A DNA stretch of 64,000 nucleotides from Chiloscyllium plagiosum. Lineage: Eukaryota. Location of the stretch: positions 25,222,519 through 25,286,518 of the forward strand of contig NC_057737.1 in NCBI RefSeq assembly GCF_004010195.1, written 5' to 3'. Below, in pieces: positions 62,050-64,000 of the stretch. How positions within the stretch are numbered: position 1 is the stretch's first letter; each line of letters starts with the position of its first letter. The translations under genes and the position numbers were made by a program. The notes under the pieces are model-generated. The model searched no databases. It was not told where the DNA came from and was given only the letters and a program-made list of their open reading frames with translations.

Positions 62050-62878
62050 ATCTCACAAGAATTGGGAACAGGAGTAGGCAATTCAGCCCATTGAGCCCAC
62101 TCCGCCATTTCAACTTGCTGATTTTCTTTTGATTCCACTTTCCTGCCTGCTCTCCAAAGCTCTTAAATACAGTACTGATTAAAAATCCACCTCCTTAAAT
62201 GTACGCAAATTCAATTTTCCATTATCCACCACACTCTGGGGTAATAGCTTCCATGTATTCATTACTCTGAATAGTAATTTCTCCTTACCTCTGTTTTAAA
62301 TCTGCTAACCCTTATCCATAAACGTTTTTTTATTCATATGTGGGATGTGGGGGGGGTCACTGGCCAGCCAACATTTATTCCCTGTCCCTCGTTGCTCTTG
62401 AGAAGGTAGAGGTGAGCTGCTGCCTTGAATCATTGCTGACACTGCTATTAATTGACCCATAATTCTATTAGGGAGGGAATTCCACGATTTTGACCCAGTG
62501 ACAATGAAGGAATGGCAGTATATTTCCAAGTAAGGATGGTGAGTGGCATGGAGGGGAACTTGAAGGTGGTAGTGCTCCCATGCATCTGCTGCCCTTCTGG
62601 ATGGAAGTGGTTATGGGTTTCGAAGGTGCTGTTTGAGAATCTTTGGTAAATTTCTGCATTTTTCTACCTTTTGTTCTAGTTTGCCTGATGAGAGGGAACA
62701 TCCTCTCCACATCTACTTTGTCAATCTCCGTTAGCATCTTAGAAACCTCAATTATATCTCCTCTCATTCTTCTAAACTCCAGGGAGTATAGGCCTAAACC
62801 ACTCAATCTCTCTTTATAAGACAAACCCTTCATCTCTGAAACCAATCTAGTGAACCTCCTCTGAATTGCGTCCAAAGA
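62050..62878 (-). mobile_element. CR1 3' fragment interrupted by an L2 3' fragment (~62325-62660)
   Basis: ORF 62468-62983 contains LDAIQRRFTRLVSEMKGLSYKERLSGLGLYSLEFRRMRGDIIEV. Confidence 0.8.
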
Positions 62879-64000
62879 ATTGTGTGTGTTAACTCTGCTT
62901 AATGGCACAGCTCTACCAAATTGTAGTAGGATTTGTGCCCAGTTTATCTTTTTTAAAATTTGATGCTGCCTGTAATGGATCATTTTTCATTCCTTTACCA
63001 CAAAAATTGTAAAGTTTATTTTAATATATAAATGTTAATTAGACGCTACTAATCCACTATTTGAAATTGATGTCAAAACATTAAATAGATACTTGATGGT
63101 TGTCTTTGAGTTTTCGGCATTGCTTGACTGCGCAGTGATATACTTTGGCTAATGCAGAGGTGATCAATGGGTGGGACATAGTAAGGGTTGAGTCTGCAGT
63201 GACAATGTTTTGGGTGGTTTTGTATTTTGAGAAGATGGCGTGTGAGGGGCTATCCAAAAGTGTATTAGAGTCGTTGTGTCGAAAGGTAACACATTCATTT
63301 GATTCTTTTTGAATATCTCGTGAAATCCATTGTACACAAGGTCTACAAGAAATAATTTTTGCATTGTGTTGGCTGCTCCATAAACAGCTTTGGAATAGCA
63401 TTTACAATGGGAATGTTTTCAAGAATGTCTTGTCTAAGTTAGTACTGAAGAACAAACAAATGAAAAGGCATGATACCTTTGAATGCAAGTTTTGTACATC
63501 ACATGTCAATTATTTGCAAGGATGTGCAACTGAGCTAATTGTAGCAGGGAAGTCTTCACAATGTAAGCTTTTGTTTGATCTTAGAGTGATGGGAAGGGAA
63601 TTCAGCATTTCTGAGCGACAGGAACTGACCATTCTTCTGAAATCTCTCTCAAAATTCATATATTCAGACATCAGGTGAGGTCCAAATGTTTTTAGCTTCT
63701 CAAAATATATGGACAAGAATCATTACTTGGTGGCAGGCATCCAAGGAATGATACTCACTAAGAAAAGATGGATGAAAATATTTAAACCTTGAGCATCACA
63801 AAGAACTACTTCAAAGATGTTGAATTTAAATATAAATTGACTTTAGTGTTAACCTTGGCTCAACAGGTACAATACTTGCATCTCAGAGTTATACAGCACA
63901 GAAACAAACTCTTCAGTTAAACTCGTCCATGCAACCCATGTTCCAAGTTCAAAAAGCACTCCAGGAATTGAATACAAATTTGAGGCTAACATTGATAAAT

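Overview
Eukaryotic, vertebrate-type genomic DNA. The repeat complement (HE1-like tRNA SINEs, HER1/CR1 LINEs, L2, Penelope-like elements) points to a shark, probably an orectolobiform; this is inferred. The window lies inside the 5' part of a + strand USP32 gene. Two coding exons are visible (34228-34333 and 42223-42341, N-terminal EF-hand region) and everything else is intronic and transposon-rich, with a 500-N gap at 38098-38597. Highlights: (1) a ~7.16 kb, almost perfectly homogeneous 22-bp tandem array (~325 copies) sits exactly at the truncation junction of a hammerhead-bearing Penelope-type fragment, and the two together interrupt an old L2. (2) About four distinct families of minimal hammerhead ribozyme motifs occur in Penelope-derived elements, several as head-to-head palindromes. 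(3) A structurally complete 3.7 kb non-autonomous LTR element on the - strand has a tRNA-Ser PBS, a PPT and a splice donor, but no recognisable gag/pol/env. (4) A full-length U6 snRNA copy is fused to a tRNA-derived SINE. (5) Locally templated insertions carry microhomology signatures. The ~2400-aa ORFs in the ORF track are artefacts of the tandem repeat. Repeat family names and boundaries were assigned by eye and are approximate.
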